Of a stretch of DNA of 64,000 bases, positions 49,701 to 63,902 are shown in pieces. Source of the DNA: Lytechinus pictus (taxonomy: Eukaryota). How positions within the stretch are numbered: position 1 is the stretch's first letter; each line of letters begins with the position of its first letter. The stretch is taken from NCBI RefSeq assembly GCF_037042905.1, contig NC_087252.1, positions 12,526,001 to 12,590,000 on the forward strand. The letters are read 5' to 3'. The notes beneath the pieces are model-generated. The model ran no database searches, had not been told where the DNA came from, and was given only the letters and a program-made list of their open reading frames with translations. The position numbers and the translations under genes are program-made.

Positions 49701-50269
49701 CAGAGAGTGGACGTTACGAGATGCCCCTTCCCTTCAAGGAGGAAGAGGTATCTGTACTGCCCAACAACAAGTTTGTTGCTGCCAAACGTTTGAACCACCT
49801 GAAGAAAAAGTTTGAAATTGATGCCACCTACTATGATCAGTACCTACAGCAGATGAACAATCTGTTTGAAAAGAAGTATGCAGGGAAGATGTCTGAACCA
49901 GATGAACCAGGCAAGCTATTGTATATTCCACATCACGGAGTACGGCAACCAAAGAAACTGAGGGTGGTGTTTGATTGCAGTTCACATTTCAAAGGAGAGT
50001 GCTTGAACTCTCATCTTCTCACTGGCCCTGATTTGACCAATGCACTTGCTGGAGTACAGTGGAGAAAAGAGAAGGTTGCCTTTATGTGTGACATCAAAAG
50101 AAATGTTTCATCAGTTCACGTCAACAAAGAGTGCCGTGACTACCTGCGCTTACTCTGGTGGCCAGACGGAGACTATCATCGAGAGCCTATTGACTTCAGG
50201 ATGAATGTGCACCTGTATGGAGCTGCCTCTTTCCCTGGGTGCGCTAATTTTGGATTGAAGCAGGCATGA
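46722..50269 (+). pseudogene. BEL/Pao LTR retrotransposon gag-pol relic, interrupted by a MITE at 46915-48688
   Basis: Three gag zinc knuckles (CAFSKGQH|YITEC across the insertion, CFGCLRKGHLSKRC, CSICKGKH). Protease YVLLDTQYDTSFI. RT motifs YIPHHGV..KKLRVVFDCS, LLTGPDLTN and VHLYGAAS.PGCANFGL. Frameshifted and truncated in RT. Confidence 0.93.
46915..48688. mobile_element. 1.77-kb Tc1/mariner-type MITE with long TIRs and TA TSD
   Basis: cagtgcgtct.aaaaaaaactatacacttttgaaa / tttcaaaagtgtatagttttttttgagacgcactg, with inverted similarity over about 250 bp; TA at 46913 and 48689. Confidence 0.93.
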
Positions 50270-50569
50270 TTTTTTTCCAGACCTTCATATATGTATTAGA
50301 ATTAGAAATAGGGTATGCTCCAAAAAATCTGGCTGCAGGATCAGGGAAAAATGGGTGAAAATGTCAGAATTTATGAGTTTGAAGTGGTCTCATATGTAGT
50401 CTAGTGCCAGTGAAAAACTCAATGGCAGTGCATTTTTTTTACAACTGTTATGTATGTCCTGACATCTCAGTTCACAATGCACCAAATAAATGAATACAGA
50501 TGCATGATCAGGATGAAGTCGTGGTGTTGGTGGGGGAGGGGTTGTGGGTATGTGTATACATATATTTGT

Positions 50570-51160
50570 TTTCGGGTAAAGATGTGCAAGAAACATTTTG
50601 TGCGAAATGTTGGATATTGGATAGTTACAGCATATTATGGCAAAAACAATGAAAAAAACTTGCAGGTAGAACTTTTTCCTAAGTTTTTAACCGATTCTCA
50701 TGAAATTTGGCACACACATTGGTCTTGAGGTGAAGATGTATAGGACACATTTATGTGTGTCTTTCAGAAATCTTGTTGCCATGGTAGCAAGACATTAGAT
50801 GGTGATAACTGGGAATTAAGACTCGAACTGCTTCATCAGTTTTCAAACAATTCTCATGAAATTTGGCGCACAAATTGGTGCTGAGGTAAGGATGTGTAAG
50901 ACACGTTTTTGTGTGTTTCAGAAATTGTGTTGCCATGGTAACAACATTATATGGGGGGTAAGTTATGTAAAAACCTTGCAATTCGAACTGCTTCATCAGT
51001 TTTCAACCGATTCTCGTAAAATTTGGCTCACACATTGGCTATGAGATAAAGATGGGCAAGAAACTTTTTTAATGCATTTGCCTGACATTATGTTGCCATG
51101 TTAACCACAAACTATACAGAAATGCAGGAAAAATAATTGTGGATCAAACTACTTCTCAGT
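50570..51160 (+). repeat. Degenerate tandem repeats of about 156-160 bp, typical of Helentron/HINE interiors
   Basis: ttctcatgaaatttggcacac...gaggt.aagatgt...tgttgccatggta at about 50695, 50851 and 51011. Confidence 0.7.
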
Positions 51161-51414
51161 TTTTTTTATCCATGGCTACTTCTCAGTTCTTAGCGATGGC
51201 AATGCTCATAAAAGTTGCCACGAAATCATATTCATTTTGGGCAAAGACTTGGTCATAAAATGTTGTGTTGGAAAGGAGACCCAAAAATAATAATTGTGAA
51301 TGCTTGAAAGAAATCAGACAAGAAAAAAAAAGTTATGGCTGCTCTAAAATTAGGCGCCCTATTAAAGTAGGTAAATTATGACACAGACAGCTTTCCCATA
51401 GGCCTTGTACTTAA

Positions 51415-54255
51415 CGCTAACTAGGCCGGGGTATTTTTTGGAGTTAATATGGCCGGAGGGGGGGGGGTGGAGGCCTCCCAGCCCCCCCCCCCCTTGAGAT
51501 CTCGGCCGTCTACCGCGCGATCGCGCCAAAAACTGGCACGCAGGTTGTCTGGGACATAATTGACACAATGTTAGAATAGTTTATTTCATGCAAATCACTA
51601 TTAGGTAATTATGCTTATTTATGCGTAATCAGTATGCAAAATCATACTTTTCCTCTAACTCCCTAAACAAAGCTCAAAATGATCTATTTTTGGTATAAAT
51701 ACTCTTTGTGGTGTTCTTGGCAAGTGTCCATGAAAAGAATTACGATATCAGATCAATTCCTTATGTATTGTTTTTTGGCAATTTTTTATGTATTTCCTTG
51801 TTTTTTTTTACCTTTTGCTTTTCATTGCTTTTTTTTCAATGAAATTTGTTGGGGACTCTTCTGAGATCATAAACAGCATAAAATAAATACGTTTAGACCA
51901 GCAAAACTAAAAATGATTATGCATTTATGATTTTTGGCTGAAAACACTATTTGCATTGATTTTGTACTCGAAATCACGTTTTTTGAGCAATTTTCTGGCC
52001 TGACATGCACTTACACAATGTTGCGTAATTTCGGAACTGCGTACCCGGGTGATGCAAAACTTGTCTCAAAAATTGCGCAAGACTTAAAAGTAAAAGGTCA
52101 ACTAGCGGCACAGACAAAAAATTCGCGCGGCGAAAATATTGCGCGAATCGTTGAGGGGTGAGGGCTCCCCCCCCCTCCTCCGGGCTGGATGGGGTCCGAC
52201 CACTTGACCGAAGGCCTGTGAGACCGACTTTTTTATTTTATTTTCCTTCATCAGGTGCCGAGTGGTGTAAGGCGCCTCGTTGCAGCGGCGTATGTCTGTT
52301 ATCAGAGGGGGCAGAGCCAAATATTTCCCAGTACCTCCGACGGTCTAGAATTAGTGACAAAGCTAAGTCCAGAAGGATTTCATTTTAAGGGGCGGTAGTG
52401 AGCATGCAAAGTGGCGAAACACTTAATACTGAGCGCGCGAAAGGCGCTCCCTATAAGGGGGAGTTTTCCCCCTCCCGCCATCCGACGTTTTCTTCGATTT
52501 TTTCCTTGTCTGCTCCCGCTCCTCTTATATTCTCTGCCTGTTATCGGGGGGGGGGGGGGGAGGCACTCAGTATATAATGCATAGTGGGTATGTGTCGCGG
52601 AGGGGACCCCCAATTTTACCCCTAACTTTTCCGTTCCAAGGCATAGCATTTTTGTCTTGAGAAAAAGAACAAAGAAAGCCGCTCCAGAGCATAGCATTTT
52701 CTTCTTATCGAGAAAAAAGAAGAAAGGGATCCGCTCCAAAGCTTCGCATATTTCCGTTACGCCGTTCCGGCCGTATTGATCTGCTACGATGAGCCGCAAT
52801 TTTGGTGAAAAGCGGCCGGAAAGCGCTGTCCGACTATCGCCTCTGGGCTAGCGCAGCCGGCGCCCGTGCGCCGTGCTATTTGCATGCACGTATGCCCGTT
52901 TCATTGGGATGCACATGCAAGCGGGGGGGGGGGGGGAGGGCTAACAGACGTGATCGAGGTGATGGTTTGTCAGCCTCTAAGACATTTAGATAGAGGGGAT
53001 GCCCCCTTTCATCGTTTATAAATATTTATTTTGCATGTATTTATAATTTTAGTTGAAATTGGGCGCAGGCAGTCCCAATTTCCCTACTCCTGATGCACCA
53101 ACTTCTCAGTCTCACAATGGTCTTACATTACTCATCATGAGCGAGAAAACGGGGTAGGAAAATATTACGCTTTTGTTTTGTATTAGACTGTTTCAAAGGC
53201 TGATGTAAAAGAAGAAGTTTCGGCCCTTTCCACATTTTATATTAGCTTCACCCATTATTACCAATGTATTAGTGAGCTCATGAAAAGAATAGGCATTTAA
53301 AAAAAACCCTTTGCAACACGCTTTGTGCACAGATATGCAGTGGTAGTGATTCAGTGTAACCAGGGAAAGGATTGCGAAACACAAAAGGCCACTAACGAAA
53401 AAATGTCACATTGTATTGCATACACACCCTCGCTCACACCCCATTTAGTTTTTCATTAATTTACGATTGAGCCAGAAATAACCGTTAATCGAAGAGAAAC
53501 GCTGAAAGGGGCATTCAAAAGTGACGTGAAAAGGACAACTTATCAGATCTAATATGAGCACTATAAATGGAAAGGGCATTATTGTAAAAAAAAGTTGTTC
53601 TTATCAAAATGAGAATATGGATCTGTCTTGGAAGGAAAAGGAATACAAGGCTTGTCAGAAATCATGATTATGTCCACCTTGTATCATTTTGAAAGGTGGA
53701 AACTGTCAGAGTTGAGAATCAGTTAAGGGGGGAAATTCCCTTTATAATATGGAGCGCCTTCGCGCGCTCATTAAGTGTTTTGCAAACTTCGCGTGCCCAC
53801 TACCCCCCCCCCCCCTAAAATAAAATCCTAGCAAAGCCACTGATTCTGGACTTAGTTACCGGGAATTTTTTTTGCTCTGCCCTCCCCCCTCCGATAACTC
53901 CGATAACAGGCAGAGGACGTATTAAGATGTTAAGATGAGCAAGAGCAGATAAGGAACAATTCAAAGGAACGTCGGGGGGGGGGGGGGCGTACACTCTCTC
54001 CCTGCACCCCCCCCCCCTGGAACGCGCTTCCTGTGCTAACTACTGCCCCCTAAACTGAAATCCTAGTTATGCCACTAAATCTAGACGGAATTACTGGGAA
54101 TTTTTTTGGCTATGCCCCCCCCCCTCTGATAACAAGCATCTGTTACGCCGCGTCAACGAGGCCGTGGCACCCGATAAACGAAAAAAAAAGTCGGTCTCGC
54201 GGTCTTTCGGTCTCGAGGGCCTTAGGTTTCGGGGGCTGTCACCGCCTGGATAGGG
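51415..54255. mobile_element. piggyBac-like non-autonomous element (TTAA TSD) containing further insertions
   Basis: ttaa|cgctaactaggc ... gcctggataggg|ttaa, with TTAA at 51411 and 54256. The other MITE copy shows the empty site (gtactttattatcag, about 17186). Confidence 0.8.
52205..54215. mobile_element. Foldback element with diverged inverted arms of about 350 bp
   Basis: gaccgaag..gtgagaccgacttttt...tgttatcagaggggg...ctgcctgttatcgg (52205-52550) is inverted at about 53880-54215. Confidence 0.75.
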
Positions 54256-55764
54256 TTAATTATCAGGATTTGTGGTTTTCTCCTAAGTACATATTCCAGT
54301 GGGGCCGTAATATGAATACAAACCAAAAAGTACATTTCTGTTTCTGTTTGTGGGAACTCCCGAAGGAACTAGGCAGGACAGCTGAGTTGTTTCATATCCT
54401 CATGAAAGAAAAATATAATTTGAATTATTTTATTCATGGTATTTTAGCCATTTGTACATGAAAGAGCTGTCCTTGCCTTACATTACTATGACATCACATA
54501 TGCGGCCAATTTGAATTATCCATGGGTATAGTGATTACCAATATTTCCAACTTTAAAATATTCACAACTTTCTTATTGTCTGTCCGATGTTGTTCAAACT
54601 TTGACCTATAAACTTGTCTGATTTTTCCTTTTCCTCTGAAAATAAGTTTTGATTTGGGTTGGATTCCACTTTAACGTCATAGGGCAGGGTATTAATCACC
54701 TTCAGTGATATTATTTTGTAGGTTCTTTTGGGTGCAGAGGGAGTCCTTAAAAACTGACAACATAAAAATATAGAAGGTAAAGGTCACGGTCGTTAAGAAC
54801 TTAAACACTCTTAAAAAAGGCACCCTTCCCCTTTTTTTTTGGGGGGGGGGGGAGCGGGGGTCTTTAGAAAATGACCACATAAGAGTAAAAATTAAAGTGA
54901 AATAATGACGAATAGGAACTTAGCCTTACCCCTCCCCAAAAGGTCAGAAAATCCTTTGCACTTTAGAGTATTAATTTACAGTTTAAAACACTCTGCTTTG
55001 ATAAAAGACCGTTTACAGTGCCCAATTAATCATGTTTTTTTTAATTTATATTCTTCTACGCAGTCTTTGTTCATCCTCCGTTCCTATTCTGACTTTCTCA
55101 CACCACTTTTTTGCTCTTGAGCTTGACCATACCTTCTCATTTCGTTTGCTCTCTCGCCCTCTCTAAGTGCATTTTTCTTTGGCATTTTAATCCATAACTA
55201 TCTAGCAAAAATTACTCCGTTTTGGTTACACTCCGTCCTGAATAATACTATTAGCAATATTAAATGGAAATAATGTCATGATATTATCTTTAGGTAAAAG
55301 TGCAACAAATTCATATTAACAGGGCTGCAACATTCAGAATGGAATAACTTTAAATTGATAATACTGGATCTAGTTCTTTTTCGAAAATTTTCTATGAAAT
55401 GTTTTAGTTTTATCACTGTTTTCTCGTACCTTCAGTCACCACCGTCTGTAAGGGCCATGGTGATATGACAAGAATATATGAGAAAAATAAAAGTCAACAT
55501 ATGCTCAATGAACAGTGAACAACTTCGTTTTTACACCAATTGGTAATTGTTTTCCCGTTTTTGGAAATGACAGTAAGAGTTTGCATCAAACAAAATATGT
55601 TCATTTTTTTACGATGGGAAATGTAGGATGTATAAAGCAGGCCAGTCACAGAAATATGCTGGAAAATATTAAATGAAAGAAAAAAGGATAAAATCTATTG
55701 TGCACCTATATTTTTGGGTATAGTATGTTATTGTAACCTTGGACATGATTTATTTTTGTTCAGG

Positions 55765-58700
55765 ACTAGTAGACTAGACCCATTCTGGAAAAAGAGGCCT
55801 ATATAAACTTTAAGGAGCATTTTGAGGTAAAAGTTGGAAATCGGTCTATTTCACATAATTCAAATATGTTGAATCTGATAAGATCGGTTCCCAAGCTAAT
55901 TTCTCATGTTTTGACCACCTAATTTGCATAAACAAAATGGCTGCCAAACTGACAATTCAGAATATTATTTCGACAATGTTCTTTAATTTTATTCGCTTTC
56001 ACAGACATGAATACTGCAAAATCCTGCGTACATACGTGTACATTTCGGGAAAACTTGTTATTTTTGTTTCTGGCTAATTAATTATGCAAATTTATGCATA
56101 GTTTGAATCATTATGCTATAATTTCAGCAAAAATGTTTATATTTCTGGTACAAATAGCATTTACATCATTATAAATAATTGTACAGCCCTTAGAATATAA
56201 TATCACAGTGAATAATAATGTATTTTATTGTTTTTGAATTTCTTATGTATTTCTTTCTATTTTGTACCTTTTGTTTTGTACATGTTTTGTTATGGGATCT
56301 GTCAAATTATTGATTATCAGTGGAAGAAAATAATAAGCTTTAATGATTTAATTATGTAATCATATTTTTATTTGCATATATCCATGGGCATAAACAGATG
56401 CACCCACTCCCACACCCACATATGCATACAAATGTTAACTCCTGCACGGAGGGCCTTCCCATTTAAACGCACACTGGTGGAGATTCAACGAATTTCACGA
56501 ACCTATCTGTATTCGAGCGAATATCACTATTAATTTCTTATATTTTTATTTTAAAATGGTATCTTGAGTTATGATATCAATCAATTCATTCATATTTACA
56601 ATTTTGGATGATGAATTGTTAAATTTGAATCATAACAGTACTGTAATTCTCAACTCCTAATAGCAATCAGTTGCACTTAATATCTTTTGGAGTAGTTATG
56701 TTCCCGACCAACAGAATCTGATCACACATACATGTATTTATATTTAGTGTGTTTTTCTTCAGCAAAATGAAGTGAAAACCGTCTGCTGAAAATGAGATGT
56801 CCTGTGTTTTTCTCCATTACGCTCGTCAAATTGTCCCAATATTGAAAAAGAATTCTCAGAACTTAATCCACATATAATCCATTTAATTTCTCATTTTGCC
56901 TATCAATTAGACCGTTTTCCGTGTTTTAAAAGCCAGACTGTGATGTTCTAAAGTTTCACAACGAATATGTCACTGCATATCCCTTTAGTAACAATATTTT
57001 TTAATTGGACTTCATTAACGGATTACATGTGCATCTCCATAATATATATTTTCCAATGCAGTACTGCACCTGTCCTATCAAGGATTGCCACTTCATCCAA
57101 CTTAGAGGCATCCAGCTTCCCCCAGCTTGATATATACCTTTATTTTCGGGGTGTTGAATGATCAATGTCAGTCATCATCGATTTGGTGTTCCATTGGATG
57201 GTTTGATTGATAGGGCAGCTTCATATTATAAAAGTCATCTCTAATTGTTGAAATCAAACCAATTTAGTACAAGTATTCTGCGGAGGCAGTTCGTATCGAA
57301 GTCATTGTGTTTGTGTTCTTGAGATATGTCCAATTCTCATGTCACAGATCCATAGAGAAACCTAAACTTTTGTCTTGAGAGAGAATCTGCTGTCTAACCA
57401 GATCTTGTTTCAGGTGTTCAGATGCTCGGAGTGCACATTTTCAATACCGCAGTGAATTGTGTAATGTCTTCTAGGCCATTTATCGAACTAGTAATATTCA
57501 CACATCTTCATATCTTCATAATATAGACTATTTCAAATTGATAACGAAGATATCTTTCTGAGGATGGTCGGTTCCTGGTATGTTTGGCGCTCCTGTAGGT
57601 GATTATTAATCCACTTATTTTGATCGGTATTAAACCCAACAGCATCCAATAGCTTACCCAGCTCTGATAGGCTGCATGCGAGTCTGAGATAACACCATCA
57701 AAGTCTAGGTCGAGAATTTCTTCGATTGTAGAGCCAGGATTTCTCTTTCTATGAGAAAAGCAGTTGCCTATTATGTTTGACTTGTCAACCGGTTTTGATA
57801 CCAGTGAACATGTCATTCTCTTGGGAGACTGACAGTCTGTTTTGGAATTGATGATTCTGCACTCCAATGGCAGGTTTCCTCTTACCTTGCCAACAGAGCT
57901 GTATGAAGCTGTATTCATCACTGGCATGCAGTCTCCTGTGACTACCCTTTGATATAGAGTTACTCGGGAGTCTGTCCTGTTCCTTGTTCTTCAAACTGTA
58001 CATCACTCCTCTTGGCCCTGTAATGTGGCGACATGGTCTTGGTATACACTTCTATGCTGACGAGATTCAGCTGTATACCTCACTTTTGATCCAAAAGGTA
58101 AATATACAGAGGTTTGTGCAGCTACTGTTGTTGGTGCTGCAATTGAGGATTCGATGTTGGATGAAGGTCAACTTCCTGGAGCTTAACAATAAAAAGCGAA
58201 GTATGCGTAATTATTATGACTACAACTCCAGTCTTAATAGGCAAGGAAATTATATATCTCCAGTATGCAAGGCTAGATCTCTTGGCGTAGTCGTTGATAA
58301 AACAATGAGCATGATGAAACACACATCGCATGTCTGCCAATCTGCATATATACCTGCTCCACAGAATTGCTGAGATCAGACATTGTCTTACATGAGGTGG
58401 TGCAGAAAATATCATCCATGACCGGATAACCTCTAGACTGGACTTCTGCAACTGTCTCCATGCTGGTTTACCTTCAACAGTCATCTCTAGCACTTTTTAA
58501 CCATAGGACACACTGTGAAAATTTGTTCTGCATTGGGTAGTGACTGGGCTGGAAACCTTGTTTTGCCCATGTTTTTACCATGGAGCTAATCTGTGTTTAG
58601 CCCCATGTTTTTATCATTTACTCTTCTGTATTCAGTATCGTTCGTCAAAGAATCTTCCAAGGCAAGGACTAGATAAAAGCTGTGGTTTTCAGTTATCACT

Positions 58701-59818
58701 TTGATGGTTGACTTGGTGGAAATGTATCATTGCCAAATAAATAAATAAATGGGTAATGACCAAAAAACTAGTAAATGATCCAGTAATACAGACCCTTTGC
58801 ATTTATTACAAATTGTTCTTTGGTTAACTGCCATGATTGCAATTCTGATGGAGCTGAATCAAAGACATCATTTTGCTAAAGGATAATAACAATGTACTGA
58901 TACTTATATCCGATTGATAAACTACACTGCGTAAATTATACGTTTGATTGATTATTTGATCTGTTATAAAACATTTTAACATATCTTTTTCAAGAAATTT
59001 AAGTTCAGCATGATTACAGGTTTTCCAACTTCTAAACTCTTCTTTTTTTACGGGTACATTGAATTTGGTAATTGTCTTGATTATAGGATCAGCATCAATG
59101 TTTTTATATTGGGCATGTCTACTATACCTTGCAAGTATATTACTTTCTATGTACAGGTGTGGGTGTGGGAGCATGTGTGTGTATTTGTTGCTGAGTAAAA
59201 TTAACAGTTGTGGCAAAAGAAGTTTATCAAATGATTCAATCATTGAAGCTTGATATTTGTCTGCCATTGATATTAGTTTTTTTAAAATCTCATATCAAAC
59301 ATATACAAAGCAAATGGCAGAAAATACAAGAACACAAAAGAAATATCAAAGAACAATAAAATACGTATAAAAATTGACTTGAGTATTATATTTAAGGGCC
59401 AAACAATTATCATAATGATACAAATGCTATTTGTACCCAAAATAATAAACAATTTAGGTGTAATTGTCAAATTATAGCATAATATTGCAAAATATGCATA
59501 AATTTGCATAATTAATTAGCCGCAAACAGAATAACAAGTTTTCCCAAATGGTACATGTTAAGTATGCAGGATTTTGCAGTATCCATATCAGTGAAAGCGA
59601 ATATTATAAAAGAATATTATAAAAATAAGATTATAAATTGTCAATTTGGCAGCCATTTTGTTTATGCAAATTAGGTGGTCAAAAAATGAAAAATTTGTTT
59701 GGGAACCGGTCTTATCAGATTCAGCACATTAAAATTAGGTGAAATAGACCGGTTCCCAACTTTTACCCCAAAATGCTCCTTGAATTCAAGTTCTCCCCAT
59801 ATTGGTCTTGTCTATAGT
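55765..59818. mobile_element. 4-kb element with diverged inverted repeats of about 650 bp, enclosing an L2 relic
   Basis: aaggagcattttg.ggtaaaagttgg...tttgaccacctaatttgcataaacaaaatggctgccaaa (55812-55950) is inverted at 59645-59781. Similarity extends to about 56430 and 59150. Confidence 0.85.
57050..58490 (+). pseudogene. Highly decayed, internally deleted L2/CR1-group LINE reverse transcriptase fragment
   Basis: G.LGPVLF-like region followed by YITPLG....RHGLGIHFYADEIQLY ... WMKVNFLELN ... ARSLGVVVD, a typical L2-clade RT pattern. Confidence 0.8.
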
Positions 59819-62800
59819 GAAGACATTCGTTTTGTCCTAATCTTACTCCTTTGTTGCATATAATGTTTAACCAGCTGCATGCATTCCTCAGGTGCTGTAG
59901 TGTAGAAAGCTTGCACACAAAAAGTGGCTGCTGCATTGTTAGGAGCAAGCACACTATTATTCTAAGCTTAATTCTTCTCCTTTCCGCTACACTACACAGA
60001 GCTTACACAAAAATAAGGTCGCTGCATTGTTAGGTAATAGTTTACAGTAATCCCCCCCCCAAAAAAAAAAAGAAGAAGAAGAAAAGAAAAAAATTAATGC
60101 ACTTAGATTGTTTTCTGTTGCTTAGCGATAGGGACAGGCAGTGAGATTATTGGTTAGAAATTGAGGTGTGTGTCGGAGTGAGCAAGATCCCCTGGGCAGA
60201 TCATAATTTAACCTTGATTGCGGAAGGTTATGTTTTCACCTCTTGCTGTGTGAGAGATGTTGCTGAGGTGTCTTGAGTGTTGAGACCGGTGTGAAGAGGG
60301 TTTAGAGATTCAACACTATCATTTACAGGCTGGCTAATCCTATAATCCTTCACATGACTGCCACACACACCATGATCAGCAGCAATGACCGGAATTACCA
60401 AGATATCCTCGCAGTTTTGGTCTAACGCTTAGACGGACTATGAGATAAATTTTCGTGTTAAGGGACAGAACACCGGCTCTGTGCCACCCCTGGGTGCATT
60501 ACTGACGCCATGCACGGTAAAATCAAGGCACGACTCATGCAACTCTCTCTATGAGCTGATCCTTAAACAAAATTTAGAGTTTCATGGAGTCCAAATAAAA
60601 CACTTTCATGCGATTACATAAAATACGAATTTTTTAGAAATATAAAAAATAATCAAATTGTTCAATTTCACCTACGGATCGATATGAAGTCCATTTAGTG
60701 ACTTATTTGAGCACACAGTTCCCCTCATCTTTTCTTGCTCTTGACGTCGCTGCCTATCGTAGATCCGCAATAACATCAATTTTGGCCTAAAGAGGGCGTG
60801 CGATTTATATTCATATCAAAGACACGACAGGGGAAAGACTAGGCACCTAAACTATTTTACACGCAAATCGACGCAAAGCATTACGCGAAATCCGTGAAGT
60901 GTCCAATCTTTTCATTGCATATACTTTGGTAGACCGTATTATTGACGTTAGTTAAAGGGCACATGAGATTAATTCATCCGCGCGCAAAGCATGTCGGACA
61001 GGCGTAAGTAAAATTCACACGACTTTATTGAAAATAGATAAAACGTTTGTATATGAAAATATAAATGATAGAAACAATATCATGTTCATACTTTTTCATA
61101 ATTAAGACCCCATGGAAGACCAGAGTAATTTATGTCAATAACTCTGAAATGGGCAATCCTTTCGATTATTTTATTCTATCTATCCGTTTGCAATTCATTT
61201 TGTTTATTTCTATTAATGCAATTCATGTTATGTATTCATGTAATATATATTTTCATGTTTTTTAATAATCGGAAAATAAATAAACTATAACAAAACAAAA
61301 CAAAAGGCCTTTGGGCAGGCTCTACTGCAATTTTGTATTTCATTTTAATAATTATTACCCACAATACAGTTCGGGTTTTTCGGGCAATGAACTCGCCGAA
61401 ATTATGGTTAGTCTTATTTCAGGCCATTTAACTTTTGATTGAGTTGGACAAGTACCCAATTGACATATCAAGTCTTAATGTACTGTTAATTGTGACTAAT
61501 GTCAGTGAATTAAATACAAAATCTATCGTGGGATTGATTTTTGGTGATTTTTTGATGAGCTATTGAGCTATGATTTAACACGTAAGTGAATGGGGGCCTG
61601 TACTACTCATGTGAGCCCTATAGAGTGAATACACTTCTACAATGTCGTTGCTCTGGCTGAGCGTTGTCTGCTAGATGTCAGTGGTGAGAATGCTCCAAAA
61701 AGTTTTATACAAAGTGATAGGTTATGTTTAACAACAGTTGTTAAGTAAATAACTCGGCATTTAGTACATTTATCGCTTACTGCGCTGAAATGACGCTTTC
61801 AAATGCATATTAAATGCTTATTATCATTTATCATGCAAAAATGCGAATTCCTACTGCTTATAGTAGATCGGATCTGGTTGATTTGAGAGTGCGAAGTGAA
61901 ATAAGTAGGGATTTCAAAATGATAAATCATCAAAGATTCCTATTTTCAATGTTTAGACCACGCAGAAAGAAAGATGAAACCATAAAATACATAAACTTGT
62001 CTCAGTCAGATGTTATACATCATAGATTGCGCACTTGAATACAATTCACTTCGTTGAAAGCTACGGGGGGGGGGGGGGGGGCGGAGCTGAGTCGGGGTAC
62101 ATACTCCATCCTCCTGGCTTGTAAGCAGGGCACGGTTGATGGTATATATCTATAGCAACCCCCCACCACTACTCTTTCTACAACTTGTGAGTTATAATGA
62201 GGAAGAGAGGCGATATGAGCACAAGAAATGCTTACACTCTTTTTTGTTATCAATTTTCCTTTATTTACTTTGTTCATATTTATGCGAATAAAAAATGTAA
62301 TAAATCACTTTGAACAAAATTAAACATGTGAAGAATATGTAACGCCATACATTATATATTTTAGCCCATTGATGGACGTCAAACAAGTAACACTTGTAGC
62401 TGCAATACCATAGGAAGCGCACAAAATATTTGGATGGAACACTTTATTTTAAATGAGGGGCGTCTAATGAGACGTTTTCTTTTCCTTAAAGACGTTTAGT
62501 CAGATTAGGTATTGAGTGCAAGGTATCAATCTCTTCAGGAGAACCCACTCTTTCTTTTGAGTTAAAAATTCTTATTTTGTCTTTCTTTGAACCTCAGTAT
62601 AAAGCTTGTACTGCTGGTTTCGTTCCAGGTACGTATTTTTTTGTTTTTATTAGTCATCGTTTTAAATTATTTGGAAAAAAGTGTTATCATCGCCCAAAAT
62701 AATCTTGAATTATGTTTTAGAATGTATTTCATTTATTGGTGCCCATAATTATTCAAGTAATCATAAAAATTGCGCATTCAAAAAATTTAGACACAGTTAC

Positions 62801-63346
62801 AAAAATTAACGAGGAACTGAATCAAGGTTGTGAAATTTATTAGCGCCACCAACGGGCTTCCTTGTATTTCCGTAGAAGAGACACGCGAAGTCACTTTCCA
62901 GGCCGAGGTAAGAGAATTCGCTCTTTTTGTATGATTTCGATTTTCAAATTCAATTTTAAAATTGTATTCCGACTTACCGGAAAGAGTCCCGATGAGTAGC
63001 GAGAAGGAATTTCGGCATATATTACTTCTGCAATGAAGCGATGTTTGCTGACTGACTACTTAGAAATCCAGGGTCAAACGCGGTACGGTGTACGAGGTTA
63101 GTATAGCGTAGTAACCTCGTATTAGTGAGTGGCTCTATGCCTGACCATACTACGTAGCTCAAATGTAATTGGGTCTTCGACGGACTCGCAGTCAACATTA
63201 AACAATTATTCCGAGTGAATGGTAATAGGAACTACGCTGTTTCCTGATGATTTTCTTTATTCACCCCAACTGTCGACTCGTGAGAACTTCCGTTCGCCAG
63301 TATACAGTGGTTTTCATCGAAGAAAGTATGACTTAACCAATAACCA

Positions 63347-63411
<65 letters not shown>

Positions 63412-63647
63412 TGCGCTTCCTCCATCTTCAGCGCATTTGATTTCTTTGAAAGGTGAGTTTCACAATCCGTATGCCCATGAACAGAAGTGTTTTTCACGAC
63501 TGTTTCAGAAACGGATTTTGAATTCTCTTTTTTTTGTCACATCATGGGCACTGACGAAGAGTGTGACTTTACCTTTCATTTTTGAGAGCTATGCTCCTTT
63601 TAAAATCTATGATTTTATTTCTACGGCATTTACTATACCATTTATGA

Positions 63648-63680
<33 letters not shown>

Positions 63681-63692
63681 TATAAATATATA
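63347..63692. repeat. Two (TA)n microsatellites (about 63347-63408 and 63647-63692)
   Basis: Direct reading. Confidence 0.95.
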
Positions 63693-63902
63693 GTGTGATG
63701 ATAAGTTTACTCCTACCAAACGCTGTTAAGTTCTTCATTTATATCATTATTATTTTAATCGTATCAATTGTTTGTTATTCATTAATTTAATTATTTGTTC
63801 ATTCATTAATCTGTCTAATGAGATTATGAAATATATTCAACTCGGTGATAATTAATTGATGTGCAAGACAAACTTGGATGTTGTATCTCCTTATATTTTT
63901 CA

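Larger units (their letters stand above)
51283..54670. mobile_element. Second copy of the TTAA-ended MITE (parts at about 51283-51410 and 54260-54670), split by a 2.84-kb insertion
   Basis: Colinear with 17030-17223 plus 18084-18430; right end ttgggttggattccact|ttaa. Confidence 0.8.

Noticed and set aside
58824..59267. 147-aa minus-strand ORF
   Set aside because: Overlaps an inverted-repeat arm, has no recognisable domain and is AT-rich; likely chance.
60290..60500. Possible minus-strand SINE body
   Set aside because: Only vague core-like similarity; no clear A/B boxes or tail.
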